Positions 61,535 through 64,000 of a stretch of DNA of 64,000 nucleotides are shown here, in pieces (position 1 is the stretch's first letter; every line of letters starts with the position of its first letter). The DNA comes from Octopus sinensis. Its lineage: Eukaryota. Below the pieces are notes generated by a model, which did not search any database, had not been told where the DNA came from, and saw nothing but the letters and a program-made list of their open reading frames with translations. The position numbers and the translations under genes are program-made. Where the stretch lies: positions 47,244,001-47,308,000 of the forward strand of contig NC_043004.1 of the NCBI RefSeq assembly GCF_006345805.1. The letters run 5' to 3'.

Positions 61535-61963
61535 GGGCGCAGGAGTGGCTGTGTGGTAAGTAGCTTGCTTACCAACCACATGGTTACGGGTTCAGTCCCA
61601 CTGCGTGGCAACTTGGGCAAGTGTCTTCTACTATAGCCTCGGGCCGACCAAAGCCTTGTGACTGGATTTGGTAGACGGAAACTGAAAGAAGCCCGTCGTA
61701 TATATGTATGTGTATATATATGTGTGTGTGTGAGTGTGTGTGCCTGTGTGTGTGTTTGTGTGTCTGTATTTGTTCCCCCAATCTCGCTTGACAACCGATG
61801 CTGGTGTGTTTAAGTCCCCGTAACTTAGCGGTTCTGCAAAGGAGCCGATAGAATAAGTACTAGGCTTACAAAGAATAAGTCCTAGGGTCGATTTGCTCCA
61901 CTAAAGGCGATGCTCCAGCATGGTCGCAGTCAAATGACTGAAACAAGTAAACGAGTAAAAGAG
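61535..61963 (+). mobile_element. Full-length 46756-type SINE
   Basis: Colinear with 46756-47146 over its full length. Confidence 0.92.
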
Positions 61964-63224
61964 TATATAATTTTAATAAAGTAAGTTCTAGAACAAACTA
62001 AATACATTTTCACTCATATATATATAACACCACAGGTAGGGATATATAAATTTACACAGATAATCATATAATAGATTAGATTAACTGAATTGCTACCGAA
62101 CTAGAAATAGTCAGCTAGAATATATTAGAAAAATGCCAAAATTAAAACAAATATTTTATCAATAAACCACAAACGGCTATGTCGTGTACACATTCCAGTA
62201 AACCAAGAAATTTCACAGTAGACATGAGAAATTGTAAATATCTTGGTACCAACTGTTATATATGGATAGATAATACAAGTGTTAATTCTCGATAAGTAAA
62301 CATTTACAGCAGGAAATATTAAAGTGCAATACAGTATCGACAAATAATTCTACGTAGAATTCCACAAGAAATATACTAGGTACATTGCTAAGCCTTGTTA
62401 GAAGCAATACACAATCAGAAATCGACAAATGTATGTGCACCTATATAAGCTGCATATGATGATGTTATATGAGGGATTCTTATGCAGATATGTGTAATTA
62501 ATGTGGATTATTTGTGAGCCATTTCGAAATCAACAATGGGCATTTATCAGTTAAAACATCAATAGCATGATATTTTATTGCCCGTCACAATCCACATTTT
62601 CTTTCTTTAATACCATATCAAGTATAATACTTTCACAATAACTATTAAAAGATGAGAATTTTCATGTTTCGTAATTATACATACCTAGCAAGTAGAACTT
62701 ACACAACAGAAAAAAAACTGTTGTTATTCACTCATGGAATGAATGAAATTGAAATTAACAGTTTTGTATGTTTTTGCAAGAATAAAATGCTTCTTTCCCG
62801 AAGTAATTGCATGGATTTTAATAGCTTCAACAAAATTCATATATGTAATTTATTGTATGCCCTACCATACCTAATAATTATTCATTATATTGTAGTTTGA
62901 TTTTATATTTTAATACGTTCTTCTTCCATGCTCTTTTCATTTAATTTGCAGGCTTTTCTATTCTGTCTGTAACCATCTATTAACTTGTTATATAATAATG
63001 AAACCTATTTTGTTTTCACACTTCTTTCAGTACTCGTAACAAAACTCTCTTTTTGCTTATTTCTACGTCACTAAAAACAATTATTTATAATTAATGACAG
63101 ATGTTATATTTCTAATATATTTCACTTTTATGACTATCATTATCATACTTATCATTGAATTATTTCTCTGCTATACTTCTTTCACCATTAGGCATAGTAT
63201 CGACTTCCCCATTATCTCCAACTA

Positions 63225-63785
<561 letters not shown>

Positions 63786-64000
63786 GTTTGACTTTTGCTT
63801 TATATTTGTACAAGTTGGCTCCAAGTCTCACCCAGAGACCTCAAGAGACAACAGGGTTGGAAGTTCATGTTTTGTTGTTATGCCTAGTGTGCCATATATT
63901 TGGGGGTGGGGATGTTGTACTAATGAATGTCTAAAAAAAAAAAAAGTTTTTTTTTTTTTTTAAACCGAAAATTATGGTTGTTTTTAAACCTTGAGGTTAC

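Overview
AT-rich, repeat-dense eukaryotic DNA, almost entirely non-coding. The SINE repertoire and microsatellite load point to an octopus or other cephalopod genome (inference from remembered repeat families). It is mostly (TA)n, (TACA)n, (GATA)n and trinucleotide microsatellites, with many tRNA-derived SINE copies and decayed transposons: Penelope-like elements (PLEs), HERO-like, R4/Dong-like, RTE-like and CR1/L2-like LINE remnants, a Helitron helicase remnant, Tc1/mariner remnants, MITE-like foldbacks and a Helentron-type non-autonomous element. The only long intact ORF is a 5'-truncated PLE RT + C-terminal GIY-YIG protein (11681-13291, minus). Host-gene evidence is limited to one plausible terminal exon (45342-45596, minus) and a few candidate small exons. 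The main unexpected signal is a set of hammerhead-ribozyme motifs near element ends that abut microsatellites. One family has three diverged copies (18093, 41669, 46491) with a ~60-nt domain II, compensatory changes in every helix, a stem III that stays palindromic, and an AAUAAA 24-26 nt before the predicted cleavage site. Phase-shifted TA runs and near-perfect inversions suggest some assembly artefacts. All structures were paired by eye and boundaries are approximate unless stated.
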